Source of the DNA: Podarcis vaucheri
Lineage: Eukaryota
Direction: 5' to 3' (one strand)
Assembly (NCBI GenBank): GCA_965113315.1
Contig: OZ220376.1
Length of the DNA: 64,000 nucleotides
Below the pieces are notes generated by a model. It saw only the letters and a program-made list of their open reading frames with translations, had not been told where the DNA came from and searched no databases. Shown piece by piece: positions 36,117-49,572 of the stretch. A program made the position numbers and the translations under genes. How positions within the stretch are numbered: the stretch's first letter is position 1; each line of letters begins with the position of its first letter.

Positions 36117-38884
36117 GTAAGATGGTCTTAATCAAATCATCCTCTGTCCGTCTCGGTTTTTGTCTGAACTCCCCCCCCCCCGCCAGACTGGACTGGAGAT
36201 GCTCTGAAATCACATAGGATGGCCCCTCCTGCTGCTTGGCATTTAAATAGTTAATGTTCATTCCGTGTTAATAAAACTTTCCAGCTGCTTAGGTCATGTG
36301 GAGAAGGAGCTTGTGGTGGAAGCAAGGACAGGCTGATAATCCACACGGAGTTATAGTAGTGTGATGATACTATTGAGTTGGGGGTCTGTTGTGCATATAA
36401 TTCAGAATTCCGTAAGCAGATTTGCAGCAGGGAGGGTGGGAGAGAAGCACGGTTTGCAAAACGCCCCCCCCCCCTTTTAACACGTGCTAACTGGTGAAAT
36501 TGACGGTCTAGGCAGGTAAGCAGCAATTACAGGTATGCTGCAACATGCAATTACTGATTTCCCTCTTGCGACCTGAGAGCCTTCCTGAACCAAACGTGAA
36601 TCTACTTGTTCAGGTTCATAAGTGTTAACTGTCCAAAATCTCAGTTTAATTGCTGCTAGCAATGGGATTGCAAGGTAATGTTCCCTTTTAAAAGTTGAAA
36701 ATTTCATAGGGCCATCCGTATTACAAGACCACCAAATTTAAACAAAATGAAACATAACAAAGCATGAAGATTCTTGAAAGCGTATGAGCTGTGATTACCA
36801 TTTCTAGAGAATTAGTCGTCTTTGGCAGTTTTTTAACCACAGTGCTTAACTTGAGAGAACTGCTTATAATGGTGTGGAGGAACCTTCCCCACAAGAGTCT
36901 AGGAAGCGAAATTAAAACACTGAACCTAGGCAGTGTGGTTTCAGATGTCAGTTCAATTCCCTTCCATGTTTATAGCTTAATAGGAGGATGGGGTTGGAAG
37001 CAGGAATTAAGACTGACAAAGAAACTCTTTAATCTAATGTCCCATATGATAGCCTTGTCATTTTCTGTTTAAAATCTCCAATGTGTTTATTTTTCTTTTC
37101 AAAATTGGATATTATTATTCTTTAACAGGGCATTTTAAATAGTGACCTTGTGTGGGCAGAATCAACACACTTTCTGTGCCCTGTGAAGCTGTATAGCATT
37201 GCCAAATAACTTATGTTTTTAAATGTTCAAAATTCCTTATTTTCAAAAGGAGAAAAGTGTGATACATTTGTTCATCTTAACTGCTTGGCTAAAAAAGTAA
37301 TGAAGTTTTTTCCTGGAAAACCAGTAAATCGTTGTTAGAATTAGAATTGTGGTGTTCACTTGCATTCCATACCTGAACAATTCAGCCAGTATTTTGGAAT
37401 TTTTCATCAGGTACTTGCTATGTTCTTTGCGGAAGAATCTGTTTGGGTTCAGACTTAGCATAATTCCAAAACATCAACCGATCATGGGCTTCATATTAAC
37501 CTGCAACAAACGAAGTTCCAGTATGTGTATTTAATCTGCAGACAAACTCCCCCCTCCCTTCTGCTGTAGGTTTAAAATGCATCCTATAAGTGCATTTTGC
37601 AGCCTGCTTATGGAGCCTCAATTCTGAGGTGTCTTTTGTGGATGAAAGTGCTTGCTGATCTGAATTTCGAAGGTTGATGAAATTAAACTGCAGGAGGACT
37701 GATGGCAATCTACAGAGCTTTAATGTTATGGCATTATACATATTTAGAAGCGGATTGGATTGAATCCCACTGAGGGAAAGCAGTCTTATTCATAGACCCC
37801 TGTCCTGGGCATGCTTTTTTTTAAATAAAAAAGCCTGATGGATATGCTCAACATTATGATGAACGTGTTGCTTGCTGAAAATCATTTTGCTGTCAAAAGG
37901 ACCATATCAGAGACTTGATTGCCTTAAGTGTAGTCTTGCGGGGCATCTTTGAGGGTGGGGGAAAGAGAGAGGGGAGGGATGATTGCAAAATCGCAATGCT
38001 TTGTGTAAACTGTTCTTGCCTTCATGAATTATTCATTTAACCCCCACCCCAAAGCATCAGACTGCTTGCTATATTGCAGAATTTAATACATCTTAAGTGA
38101 CACTGAATTTGTTAATATGGTGAAGGACGAGAACACGGGCTAGTTAAAAATATCTGTGCCCAGCATGCAGCAGCAGGGAAGAAGGGGTTGTTGACTTGAA
38201 CTGAAAAGGGTATAAATATGTACTATATATGTGTGTGTGATATATCTGCATGCCTAATATTTTTGCCACAAGCAAAAGGATAGATTGGGTGTTGTTCTTG
38301 AAAGCTTTGAGCAGACAACTTGGATGGCTTTAAAAGAGAATTGGAGAGATTCATGGGAAGACAAGGCTACCCATGATTACTAGCCACAATGCTCTGCTTC
38401 TATGATCAGAAGGGTTGTGCTTCTGAATACCACCTGCTGAGAACTGCAGATGGGCAAAGTGCTGTTTGACTCATGGCTTTCCAAAGGCATCTGGGTGGCC
38501 ACTGTGAGAACAGAATGCTGGACTAGACGGGCCTCGTCTTAGGTAAGACCAGTGCTTCAGTGAGGCGAGGTGAATAAATTTGCCTCAGGGGGCAGATTCC
38601 ATCCCTGCTGTTGTGCTGTTGCCAGCTCTGCCAGGACTTTACCTGTGCCACAGATCCCTTGCCCTCACTGCTACTGCTGAGCCCCTGCCGCTGGCATGGC
38701 AGCAGTGTGAGCACAGCTGTGGGCAAGGGTGCAATTGTAGTTCCAGGGCTGGCAGCAGGGAGGGAGCCCAGATCTACAGGATGAGGGGGCTGGCGGGGCA
38801 TTTTGCCTGCACTGTGAAGGCACCCCAGGCTGTCCCTGGTCTTATGTGATGGTACAAGTGCTTGATGGATTGGGGAGGGGGTCA

Positions 38885-39610
38885 GCACTGTCCCTATCAA
38901 TGTGGTCAGACCACACCTGGAATACTGTGTCCAGTTCTGGATGCCACGGTTTAAGAAGGATATTGACAAGCTGGAACCGTGTGCAAATGAGGGTAAGAAG
39001 ATCACAGGTCTGGAAACCAAGCCTTATGAGGAACTGTGGAAGGAGCTGGGTATGTTTAGCCTGGAGAAGAGGAGATTGAGAGGAGATAGGATACCCATTT
39101 TCAAATACAGTGGTACCTCGGGTTAAGTACTTAATTCTTTCCGGAGGTCCGTTCTTAACCTGAAACTGTTCTTAACCTGAAGCACCACTTTAGCTAATGG
39201 GGCCTCCTGCTGCTGCCATGCTGCGGAGCACGAGTTCTGTTCTCATCCTGAAGCAAAGTTCTTAACCCGAGATACTATTTCTGGGTTAGCGGAGTCTGTA
39301 ACCTGAAGCGTATGTAACCCGAGGTACCACTGTATATCAAGGGCTTTCACATGGAAGAGGGAACAAGCTTGTTTTCTCCTACTCTGGAGGGTAGGACTCA
39401 AACCATTGGCTTCCAAGATTTCAACGAAACATCAGGAAGAACTTTCTGACAGTAAGAGCTGTTTGTCAGTGGAACAAGCTCCTTTGGGAGGTTGTGGACT
39501 TTCCTTCACTGCATGTTTTTAAGCAGAGGCTGGATGGCCACCTGTCCTGGGTGCTTTAGTTGAGATTCCTGCATTGCAAGGGGTTGGGCTAGATGACCCT
39601 ATATGATCCT
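38885..39610 (+). mobile_element. CR1 LINE 3' fragment, interrupted by a MITE at 39108-39332
   Basis: [23 protein letters not shown]...[25 protein letters not shown]. Confidence 0.9.
39108..39332. mobile_element. Tigger-like MITE
   Basis: TIR CAGTGGTACCTCGGGTTA, TA TSD. Confidence 0.9.
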
Positions 39611-40304
39611 GTGTTTTCAGAGTACCACGCCCTCCATCCTTGATGTTGCATCCAAGTGCTCAGAAATGGGTCTCTTTGCCTCTTGGGTGCCTTCATGTTG
39701 CAGCTGCTACAGTCAGCCAGAGGCTTCTCATGGCGTGGGGTGCCATTCAGAGACTTCTGTGTCAAATGGGGCTTAGGAAACAAGCAGCAGTTGATGTGCC
39801 AGCTTGCAGCTTGTCATTAGAATTGCCACTGGAGGGAAGGTTATCAAATGACGTTTCTTCTGCCCCCAGATGGGTGGTGAAGAATCTTCACTGGATGTTT
39901 TTAGTTCTAGTTGCATTTCAGTGGTTAATCCACACTTTCCCGTGCACTGTGAAATCCATGCTTTGCTTAGGCTTGTGTGCAAGGGGTGTATAAATCCCTT
40001 CCGATTGGCTCCAAAGCCCGGAACGTCCTGTGGGTGGGTTGGCTGGGTTGGCACTTGACCTGTTTGATCCCATTTTGGAGTTCCGAGATTCCAATCTTGG
40101 TGTCCCAATTAAAAATAGATTTATTGGAAGAACCTATTAGCATTGGTGGCATCAGTTTCTAAATAAGCTCGCCCACCTGTCACGAGAGCCGAGCAGACTG
40201 GTAACTGGGGAGTTGGCCTGGATAGGGAGGCTGTTTCACCAGGGAAAGCTGTGCTTTGAGTCGGGTAGCCAAGGGGTGGAAGAAGAAGAAGAGGAGGAGG
40301 AGGA

Positions 40305-40537
40305 GTTTGGATTTGATATCCCGCTTTATCACTACCCAAAGTTGTCTCAAAGCGGCTAACATTCTCCTTTCCCTTCCTCCCCCACAACAAACACTCTGTG
40401 AGGTGAGTGGGGCTGAGAGACTTCAGAGAAGTGTGACTGGCCCAAGGTTACCCAGCAGCTGCATGTGAAGGAGCGGAAACGCGAACCCGGTTCACCAGAT
40501 TACGAGTCCACCCCTCTTAACCACTACACCACACTGG
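40305..40537 (-). mobile_element. Squam3/Ther1-type SINE
   Basis: tttggatttgatatcccgc...cccacaacaaacactctgtgagg...cttaaccactacaccacactggc. Confidence 0.7.
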
Positions 40538-40657
40538 CACTCTGGACTAGGAGTCCGGCACAATCCTCCTTAAAAGGGAAGGATTTCACAAAGATAGGAA
40601 TATAGGAAGCTTCCTTATTCCAAATCATGCCAGTGATTCATCAGATCTGTCTTATAC

Positions 40658-41554
40658 CCGTGGTTCCCATGTGAGCAGTACTGACCCACAGGGATCACCC
40701 AGAGAGGCATGAAAAAGCAAGTGGGTAGCAGGGGGGCTCTGGAGGTGTGACCCTCTTAGTGCATTGTTCACTTTTTTACAATTGACCAAGCTAGAGCCTA
40801 GAGCGAAACACCTCCCTTGCTTCATATTTTAAGTTTCAGTGCTGTTGGCAATTTCCAAGCTACAGTATCTCCTCTGGTCACATTTGTTTCCATTCACAAT
40901 TCTGAGTTTGTTGCAATTCACAGCGAGGTCACAAGATAGGGTAGTGGAGGAAGAACTAATTGAGCTACAAAATGACATTGAGCTGAAGCCAAGGTTTAAG
41001 AGTTTTGGTTGCAGAAAGGAAATTTCTGAATGCTATCCCGCACTATGGTCGGCGGTTAAGAAGCTCCTTGTTGCATTTCCAACATCGTATTTGATGAAAT
41101 GTGGTTTTCATGTGGTCATCCGACTTCTCTTCAAGCAAAGAAATCAGCTGCCAATTACTAAACATGGTGATTTAAGACTCCTGCTAAGTTACTTTAAACC
41201 AGACATAGGGAAACCTTTATCACTTCAACAAGCCAATCCTGGACATTAAGAATTTACTGAATTAGTTACTAAATGTGGTATCTAATATTCTTGCTAAATA
41301 ACTGTCAGACTTGGAAATGCTGGTATCTCTTGATCAAGTTCATCAGTTTTGTTGAATTAAGTAAACCAAATACTTTCAACTGGATTTTAAATAAATGTGC
41401 AATTAATTGTTACTGTTCTGAATGGTATTGTGTTATTATCTTCTTAATGGGTTGTGCCAAACACTATTATGAATGATGTTTTTATAGCGAAGGGCAGGAG
41501 CTGTTTATGGAACCAAGGGTGACGGGGTTGCCATTAACAGTTTGGGAACCACTG
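40658..41554 (+). mobile_element. hAT Buster/Charlie-type transposon remnant with the transposase C-terminal dimerisation region
   Basis: Termini c(c)gtggttccca / tgggaaccactg; translation ELIELQNDIELK...YPALWSAVKKLLVAFPTSYL..GF...KQRNQL....GDLRLLLS.FKPDI..L....Q.NP.H* has the hAT dimerisation motif. Confidence 0.75.
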
Positions 41555-42552
41555 GTCTACACTAAAGGACAGCGGCTTTTCAAGATTTTGGGCAGGAAGC
41601 AGTCTGAACAAGCACAGGCCAAGGAGTTAGCTGTGTGCCAAGAGGAAGTGTGCTGTATGGGGCAAAAGCAATTGGCAGTTGTCAACCTCACCAGCCCTAT
41701 AAATTTAAACCAGTATCATACCACTCTAAACAGCCATGGCTTCCCCCTATATAGGATCCTGGGAACTGTAGTTTGGTAAAGATGATGAGAGTTGTTGTGA
41801 AGCCCCTGTTCCCCTCACAAGAGTGACAATTCCCAGAGTGGTTTAACAATCAGTCCTTTTCCCCAGAAAACTCTTGAGAACTGTAGCTGTGGGAAGGGGG
41901 AATAGTGCCCTGCTAACAACTCTCAGCATAAGATGGTCCAGAGAATTGCAAAGATGAGGCTCATATCCGTGAGCTCAGCTTCTGTTTCCAGCAACCCCTC
42001 ACTCTTCTTCTCACTTTCCTCTTCCTACATTGTGGAATTCCTGCTTCTCTCCCTGCCACACTCTTAAAAAACTGTTGTTTCTTTTCCAGGCTTGCAGATC
42101 GACTCTTTGCAAACGGCTTAGAACACATCGCTCATTTTCTTTCCTTCGGCATAAAAAACAAGTCTAAGCAAGACCGTTCCAACATGTGTGCCTGGAAATT
42201 TCCACAGAGACTAACTCGTTGTCTTGCCTCATGGCTTTGGCTCAGCAGTTTCCCTGGGAAGGTGGGAGCCTATCTGGATTTGCAGGGGCAGCGTCCAGGC
42301 TGACGCTCCTCCTGCAGTTCTTCTGGAAACTGCCACGCCGCTATATTTCTGGGCCCTGCTATAGGAACGAGAGAGATTCTTAACACAAAGACCCTGAAAA
42401 GAGCAGTATTTGAATTGGGGTGGAGAATCCTGTCTTGGTAATGTAAGACAGTGCTGCTTCTCTGGGATGAATGGAAGCTCTTGCCGTTAGTCAGAGACTC
42501 GAAGTCCTGTGCATTATCAGCCCAGATAATGGGGGCACCTAATAGTTCAGGC

Positions 42553-42848
42553 TGCCAATCAGAAAGTCGAATCCCCGCGATGGGGTGAGCTCCCATTGCT
42601 CGGTCCCTGCTCCTGCCAACCTAGCAGTTCGAAAGCACACCAGTGCAAGTAGATAAATAGGTACCGCTCTGGCGGGAAGGTAAACGGTGTTTCCGTGCGC
42701 TGTTCTGGTTTGCCAGAAGTGGCTTAGTCATGCTGGCCACATGACCCAGAAGCTGTACGCCGGCTCCCTCGGCCAATAAAGCGAGATGAGCGCCGCAACC
42801 CCAGAGTCGGTCACGACTAGGCCTAATGGTCAGGGGTCCCTTTACCTT
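42553..42848 (+). mobile_element. Sauria SINE (5' truncated)
   Basis: Perfect 13-bp TSD taatagttcaggc (42540-42552, 42849-42861). Confidence 0.92.
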
Positions 42849-45431
42849 TAATAGTTCAGGCGCTTATAAGAATGGAGGCCCTGCTGTAATGCTGTATAAT
42901 TTCAAAGGAAACCAAATATAGCTGATCCTATTAGGAAAGACCAAACATTTGCTATGATGGTGGTCCAATATGGAAAGACCAAAGGTTCGCCCACACATAG
43001 CTATGGCGGTGATGGTTCCTAAAACCAAGGGGAGAGGAGGGAGGGAGAACCAACTGATGAAAAGCTCCCTTGGCTGGAGGCTATTATTAACTTTCTGCAT
43101 AGCAGCCTTTTCCAGGTTCGTTGTCACTTGTCGGAAGGCAGGAGACATTTTGAAAGCAACTCTGCTAATATTAACTCCCCAACCCCAATATCGTTTCAAG
43201 GCTGGCTCTTCAAAGTAGTTCCCCCCCCCCCGGTACATTATGAAATGAAAATATTTATGTATTTATGCTTTCTGAGTTGTCAGCAACTCTCTCCATGCAG
43301 TTCTTTTCTTTTCTTTTTCTTTTTACAATCAGCATTTTTCTCTTTTGGAAAGGTCATCCAGGCCAGCATATTTATTCACACTTCCCTGAGGACTTGAAAC
43401 TTATCTGCCCCGTTTTGGAAAACCTAGCTTGTTTTGCTGGACCAAGTAAAGCTCAAGCCAAATCCTGCATCTTCCATAGGAGTTGCCATTGACTCCCAAG
43501 TGCAAGCAGGTAGTGGTGTTCAGCATTTCATTTATTTATTTATACATACATAGCATATTTATTTGTACCGCGCCCTTTCTGGGATAGAATCACAGATGGC
43601 CTAAAAATACTTTTAAAAATTAAAATAAAGCAGCTGCACAAATAACCATAGTTAAAAACATACAGATGCCATTGAACAATCTCATAGCAGCAGCAGCAGC
43701 AGCAACAGAAGAAACTATACTGGAACTGCCGACGTTCTGTTTGGTAGACAGGAGCTGGCTTCTCTCTCTCTTAGGAACATAAGGTGAGGTTGGCTGCTAG
43801 AACAGACCAATGGCAGATCTAGTCCAGCATCCTGTTCTCAGAGGCCAACCAGATGCCCCAATGGGAAACCCACAAGCAGGACCTGAGTGCAAGGGCCGTC
43901 TCCTCTCCTGTGCTTTCCAGCAATTAGCATTCAGAAGCATTGCTGTCTCCAACTGTGGAGGCAGAGCAGAGCCATTGTGGCTAGCAGCAGCCTTTGATAG
44001 CCGTCTCCTCTGGGAATTTGCCCAATCCTCTTTTAAAGCCGTCAAAATTGGTGGCCATTGCTGCCTCCTGCAGGAGTGAGTTCCATAGTTTAACTGTGGG
44101 TTGCATGATGAAGTCCTTTCTTTTATCCTTTCTGAATCTTCAGCTTCACTGGATGTCTCTGAGTTCTGGTGTTATTTGGGGGTGGGGGAACCTTGCCTTT
44201 ATCCACTTTCTCCATGCCGTGCATAATTTTACAAACTTCTGCCGTGTCTCCTCTTCTCAAACTAACAGGTCCCATTTGCTGTAACCTTCATCCCTTGGAT
44301 CATTTAGGTCGCCCTTTTCTGAACTTCCTTCTCCTTCTTCATGCCTCCTGCCACAGAGATCTGCCTGCGGCTCTGTGGTTTGAGCCTCGCCCACAACAAT
44401 CTGAGCTCCAAAGGGCTTGTTCTCAGCAAGTGGTTAAACTTTAAACTGCTAAATTTTAATGCTCCCAGATTCTTTTCAGCTGCACAGAGGAGTTGTTCCT
44501 GCAAAGTCTGGGTGTGTCAGCGGGCTGGAGCTCAGCTTACTCCAAGTTCGGTGCACCTAGTCATGGTTGTGCTAATGTGGAGTTCATGACTAAATCCTCC
44601 TTTTAACCAGTTGGCAGTTGATCAAGACTCCTCTCTCTCTGTGTGTGTGTATGTGTGTGCCTGTGTCCCAACCCTTGCTTCATTTCAAAGTTATTCCTGG
44701 AAGTAGTCCTTCGGCGTTTGCATAACTCCATGTGTGTCGCTCATGGGCATATTTGCTAAATGGCAAGGCAAGTCTCTTTACTAACTTTCTTAGCTGGAGG
44801 AGTTTTAATTAAAAAGCTGCACACAGTGATGGATATGGTGCATGCACGATGGATAAAGTCTTGTATAATTTCTGAGAAGTTTTCGGGCTCTCCTGCCAAC
44901 AGGCGCATTTATAATTTCCCTCTTTCTTTCTTTCATATTTATGTGATCAAGATTACGGATGGAGACGTCGCGTTGTCTGTTCCAGCACATATTTTTGCAT
45001 GCATTTTTGTTAGGCTAATGATGCTCTTACGGGGGACTATAGGCTTGTATATAGAGCGGTCGTTAGGCATTGGTTTCTGACGCGCTTGCAATCCCCTCCA
45101 AGCTTGCAAATCGATGAGTACTAAATACAGTGCAACACTTTGCCTCCTCCAGGGGAAAAGGGCAGCAGGCTTGGAAGTGATCAGGTTAGCTCTTTTTCTT
45201 TTTTGCCAGTAAGCAGTGGTAGTCAGGAGCAGGGTGCCAGTTGTTCTGGGAAGAGGCGTTGTACTGTGAGCAAGTGTGTTGGCACAAGTTCTCGAGTTCT
45301 TCCTCCTCTCTGCATCATTTAATATAGATAACCCACAAGACGAATAAAACTACCTTCTTTCGTTGACAGGAAATCTACCTTAGCTTGGCACTGATCTTGG
45401 CGGATGCAGGTGGGTGGGATGTGCTGTGTAA

Positions 45432-45848
45432 TAGGGAGGGGCACGTCTGGATTTTGCTTTTTCTCCACCATTTTGCCGGTCCTAAGTTCAGTTCTCCATA
45501 CTGCCCCATCAGTTTGCATTAAAAAAAACTCACAAAAATTCATCAGTCAGTGCCAATTTTCCCGAGTAAAATTTCCCTATCAACATTTCAGTACAGGTTA
45601 TCCTAATAATTGTTTTACATGCAGTTTTGCCTAATATTCACATTGTTGCAAAGCAATTTCCACCCAAACATTTTTGCATGTTATTTTCACTAATATTTGC
45701 ATCCCCCCCCCAGTTTATTTGCATCTTTGAACTATATTGAATAAAAATTGAAAGTGTGAATTCTGAAAGATGACTGTGTTTAGGTTTGCATAGTATTTCA
45801 GAAAATGTGAATGCACACTGAGTCTGGGTTTTTTCCCTCCCATCCCTA
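45432..45848. mobile_element. Non-autonomous hAT element
   Basis: taggga...tcccta termini; 8-bp TSD ctgtgtaa/ctatgtaa. Confidence 0.6.
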
Positions 45849-45924
45849 CTATGTAACAGAAGCATTCAGTAACAAATAGCACTCAATCTCTTTCAACTGG
45901 AGTTCCTGCAGGTGCCAGAGATGC

Positions 45925-46112
45925 TGGAGAAGGGCCATACAGTAGCACAGAGCACCTGCTTTGCATGCAGAATGTCCCCAGTGTCTCCAGGTAGGGCTGG
46001 GAGAGCCCTTGCCTAAGACTCTGGAGAGCTGCTGCCGGTCAGTGTAGACAGTACTGACTGAGCTAGATGGACTAGTGGCCTGACTCAGTAAAAAACAGCT
46101 TCCTGCGTTCTA
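45925..46112 (+). mobile_element. tRNA-derived SINE with CR1-like tail (copies about 63180-63380 and 49230-49620 on +, 61820-62010 on -)
   Basis: agagcacctgctttgcatgcagaa...ctggagagctgctgccggtcagtgtagac...gagctagatggac recurs across the window. Confidence 0.6.
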
Positions 46113-46177
46113 CATTAACCTCGGCACCTTAACCTACGTGAACTCTTGCCTACTGTATCATTTATGGAATTTCTGTA

Positions 46178-46403
46178 CAGTGGTACCTCGGGTTACATGC
46201 ACTTCAGGTTACAGACTCCGCTAACCCAGAAATAGTGCTTCAGGTTAAGAACTTTGCTTCAGGATGAGAACAGAAATCGTGCTCCGGCGGCACGGTGGCA
46301 GCAGGAGCCCCCATTAGCTAAAGTGGTGCTTCAGGTTAGGAACTGTTTCAGGTTAAGAAAGGACCTCCGGAACGAATTAAGTACTTAACCCGAGGTACCA
46401 CTG
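46178..46403. mobile_element. Tigger-like MITE
   Basis: TIR CAGTGGTACCTCGGGTTA, TA TSD. Confidence 0.9.
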
Positions 46404-47949
46404 TACTCACCCTTCAACAGTGTGTGAATTTTTGTAAAATGCCCCAGAAACAAATGATCATGATTTTATTGCAATGATTTAAAATGGTTAGAAGGTTGGG
46501 AAGGCACTCATACCAAAAAATTATGGTAGATGCCCATACCTTTCTCCACCCTTGAGGTGTCTGGATACTCAGTGGTCATCCAGGAGTAACTGAATGCCTA
46601 CCATCTGTTTCAGCACCTTGCCCTAAAAAGAGGATATTGGGATCCTCTCAAAATCTTCTGGGTCTGGTCTAGAGATGGATCTTTCAAGGCATGGCCTCCC
46701 AGCGCCCCCTGCTTCAAGGTACCTGGAACCACACCATCCCTCCCATTTTAGCAGAGACTCCTGGACCAGATCTTATCCCGCTCCATCCCTGCCCAGCGCA
46801 ATAAAGCAAGCCACGATTTACAATGTTCTTTATATTGGCTGTAAATATGTATTTAGAATTCTTAAACAGCTACAGTATTTAAAAAGATCTGTGGGCTGTG
46901 CTGCCTGGCAAAGAGAGACAGCTCTTGGATGCTCTGCCTTATTACTAATTTCTGGATGTATTGGCCTATAACGGATAGTGGTAATTATTTGCAAGTTCCA
47001 GCGGTATGAATTATAGCAGCTCTTTTTATTAAAATGACACTTCAGTCATGAAAAATAATCATTCCATTGCTGGTGGAAAATTGGGAACGCTTTTAATTGT
47101 TCCCGAAACCTCTGCGATTACTGCAGAAGCAAATCTCACCGTAATGTAAAAATCAATAAAAATAATGCAATTTGTATCTGAGCGGAGTGCTTTAAGAATT
47201 CTTGATGCGCAGAGCACTTACACATGATCTAGCAGCCACGGGGCTCTGAATTAAGTGAAATCCATGGGCTTTGGAGGAAAGGGGGACCTGAAATGTATCA
47301 ATTCTTACAGCAGTTATCTTTCTCATACCTCTTCTCTCCCCCCCCCCGCCAAAAAAATTTTTTGTAAAAAAACCTCCCAGTGTGCAAACAGTGTAAAGAA
47401 GTCTGCAGAAAGAGATAATTAAATGCATTGGCATGAAACCGTGGATTATTTTTCTTTTAAAAGATTGGCTTGCTTAGGCTTCGTAACTCTTCCTTCTCCA
47501 AAATCCTCGCGGCGGGTAACAGTGCCTAAAATAAGGTTTTAAAACATCAGATTTGAAAATTAACCAGACCGTAATAACAAATTGACCGGGTGGTGTTAGC
47601 TCACCCGCTAAAAGTATTTTGGAGAGGATATTACAAATGCTTCTCCTACAGTATATTCTCAGGGATGCTTACAGCCCTGTAATGTAGCCCAACATTATCC
47701 CCATCCTTCTGGGTGGCAGGAGGATACACTTGGGAGGCAATCCCTGTTCAAATGACCACTCCTTCCCTCTAACCCGTATTGGGTGGGACACAAGATTGCC
47801 CCCATCAGTGCAATGTCAGAAAGTGTATAGCTGCTTGTGTGTAGTGCCTCCCCGCTTTCTGAAATTGTACCAAATGTGCAGGTGTTGTGAGTGGGCCTGA
47901 AAGGTGCTGCCTTGCTTCCTTCTCTCCCCCCCCCCTTCAAAGACTACAT

Positions 47950-48318
47950 GCAAGCAGTCCTTGGCTGCATCAATGGCAGTCTAGTGTCCAGATCAAGGGA
48001 AGTAATGGTTTCACTCTATTCCATCTTGGTCGGACTACATCTGGAATGCCGTGTTCAGTTTTGCGTTCCACAGTTTATTGACAAGCTGGAATGTGTGCAG
48101 AGAAGGCTGACCAAAAGGGTCTGGGGTCTGGAAGGCAAGCCTTTCTGACAGTAAGACCTGTTCCCTTGGAAGGTGGTGGATTCCTCTCCATTGGCGGTTT
48201 CTAAACAGAGATTGGCTGGTTATCTATCAGGGCTTCTTTAGTTGTGATTCCTGCATTGCAGGGGGTTGGATTAGATTGACCTTTCTGGACCCTTCTACTC
48301 AACAATCCTATGATTCTG
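47950..48318 (+). mobile_element. CR1 LINE fragment
   Basis: AVLGCING.LVSRSREVMV.LYS.LV..HLE..VQF..PQF..KLE.VQRR.TK; CR1 tail about 48240-48318. Confidence 0.8.
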
Positions 48319-48423
48319 TGCTTTGCCTCCTGGGCCACTCACAGGCTGGTGCTGGCAAAGGGATCTGATTGTGATTTTATTGGTATAGCACACAGGTGAT
48401 TTCAGGAAGTATCCAGCAAAGTA

Positions 48424-48632
48424 CAACCGTACCTTGGTTCTCAAATGTAATCCATTCCGGAAGTCAATTCGACTTCTGAAACGTTCGAAAACCAAGGTGT
48501 GGCTTCTGATTGGCTGCAGGAGCTTCCTGCTCTCAAACAGAATCCTTGTTGGACGTTCAGCTTCTGAAAAACGTTCAAAAACCAGAACACTTACCTCTGG
48601 GTTTTCGGCATTTGAGAACCAAGGTCCTACTG
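48424..48632. mobile_element. Tc1/mariner-type MITE (third family)
   Basis: TIR core accttggttctcaaatg / catttgagaaccaaggt; TA flanks. Confidence 0.7.
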
Positions 48633-49324
48633 TACCTCTCTTAGCACAAACATTTCTGTTTATGTAGTGGAACTGCCTCTCCTCTCCCTGTGTGCCCTTC
48701 CTCAGATTTGTTGGTGGGACAACCCAGCACAGATTTTGAGGTTGCAGCAAGAGAGAGAAGGGGGCATTCCTTTGTGCTAACAGAACTACTTCTGTGCGAT
48801 CCTGCCCTTCTTAATCTCCACTTTATTATTTTATTACTTAATGCATTGATATCCCACCACGGTCTCCAAGGAGCTCAAGGCTGTGTGCATGGTTCTCCCC
48901 CTCCTCATTTAATCCCCATGACACCCCTGTGAGGTAGGTCGACTGAGAGGCAGTGAATGACCCAGGGTCACCAGGTGAGCTTTATGGCCAAGGGGGGATT
49001 TGAACCTTCGTCTCTCCCTGGTCTTGGTCCAGCCCTCTAATCGCTACAACACAGTGGCTCTCACGCTTGCACAGCTGTGGGTGGGGAGGTACTGTGCCTT
49101 GGTGGCAGAGTACAGGATTTGTACAGAGAATGTTCCAGGCAAAATTGTCTACATTGCTAGCAGGGGAAGACTTTGCTCAAGACCCTGGGAGAGAGCCGAT
49201 CCTGTTCTGACTCAGGAGGGATTTGCATACGAAAGGTCTGTAGCCTTCTCCACAGCATCTCCAGGTAGACCTGCCAAAGCCCCTTTTCTGAAGCCCTGAA
49301 GAGCAGCCACCACTCAGTGTAGAC

Positions 49325-49572
49325 CATCGCTAGGCAAACTAAGGCCTGGGGGCCGGATTTGGCCCAATTGCCTTCTAAATCCGGGCCGCGGACAGTCTGA
49401 GAATCAGTGTGTTTTTATATGAGTAGAATGTGTGCTTTTATTTAAAATGCATCTCTGGGTTATTTGTGGAGCATGGGAATTCGTTCATTTTTTTCTCCAA
49501 AATATAGTCCGGCCCCCACAAGGTCTGAGGGACAGTGAACCGGCCCCCTCTGAAAAAGTTTGCTGATCCCTG
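49325..49572 (+). mobile_element. hAT (Charlie-like) MITE inserted in a SINE
   Basis: Perfect 8-bp TSD gtgtagac. Confidence 0.9.

Noticed and set aside
37855-37925. Possible intronic C/D snoRNA (ATGATGA box C)
   Set aside because: No properly placed terminal CTGA box D and no terminal stem; similar weak candidates at about 18930-19030 and 34350 also fail
40839-41249. 136-aa ORF as a domesticated ZBED-like gene
   Set aside because: Only the C-terminal fragment remains, within transposon termini, with no real start or catalytic core
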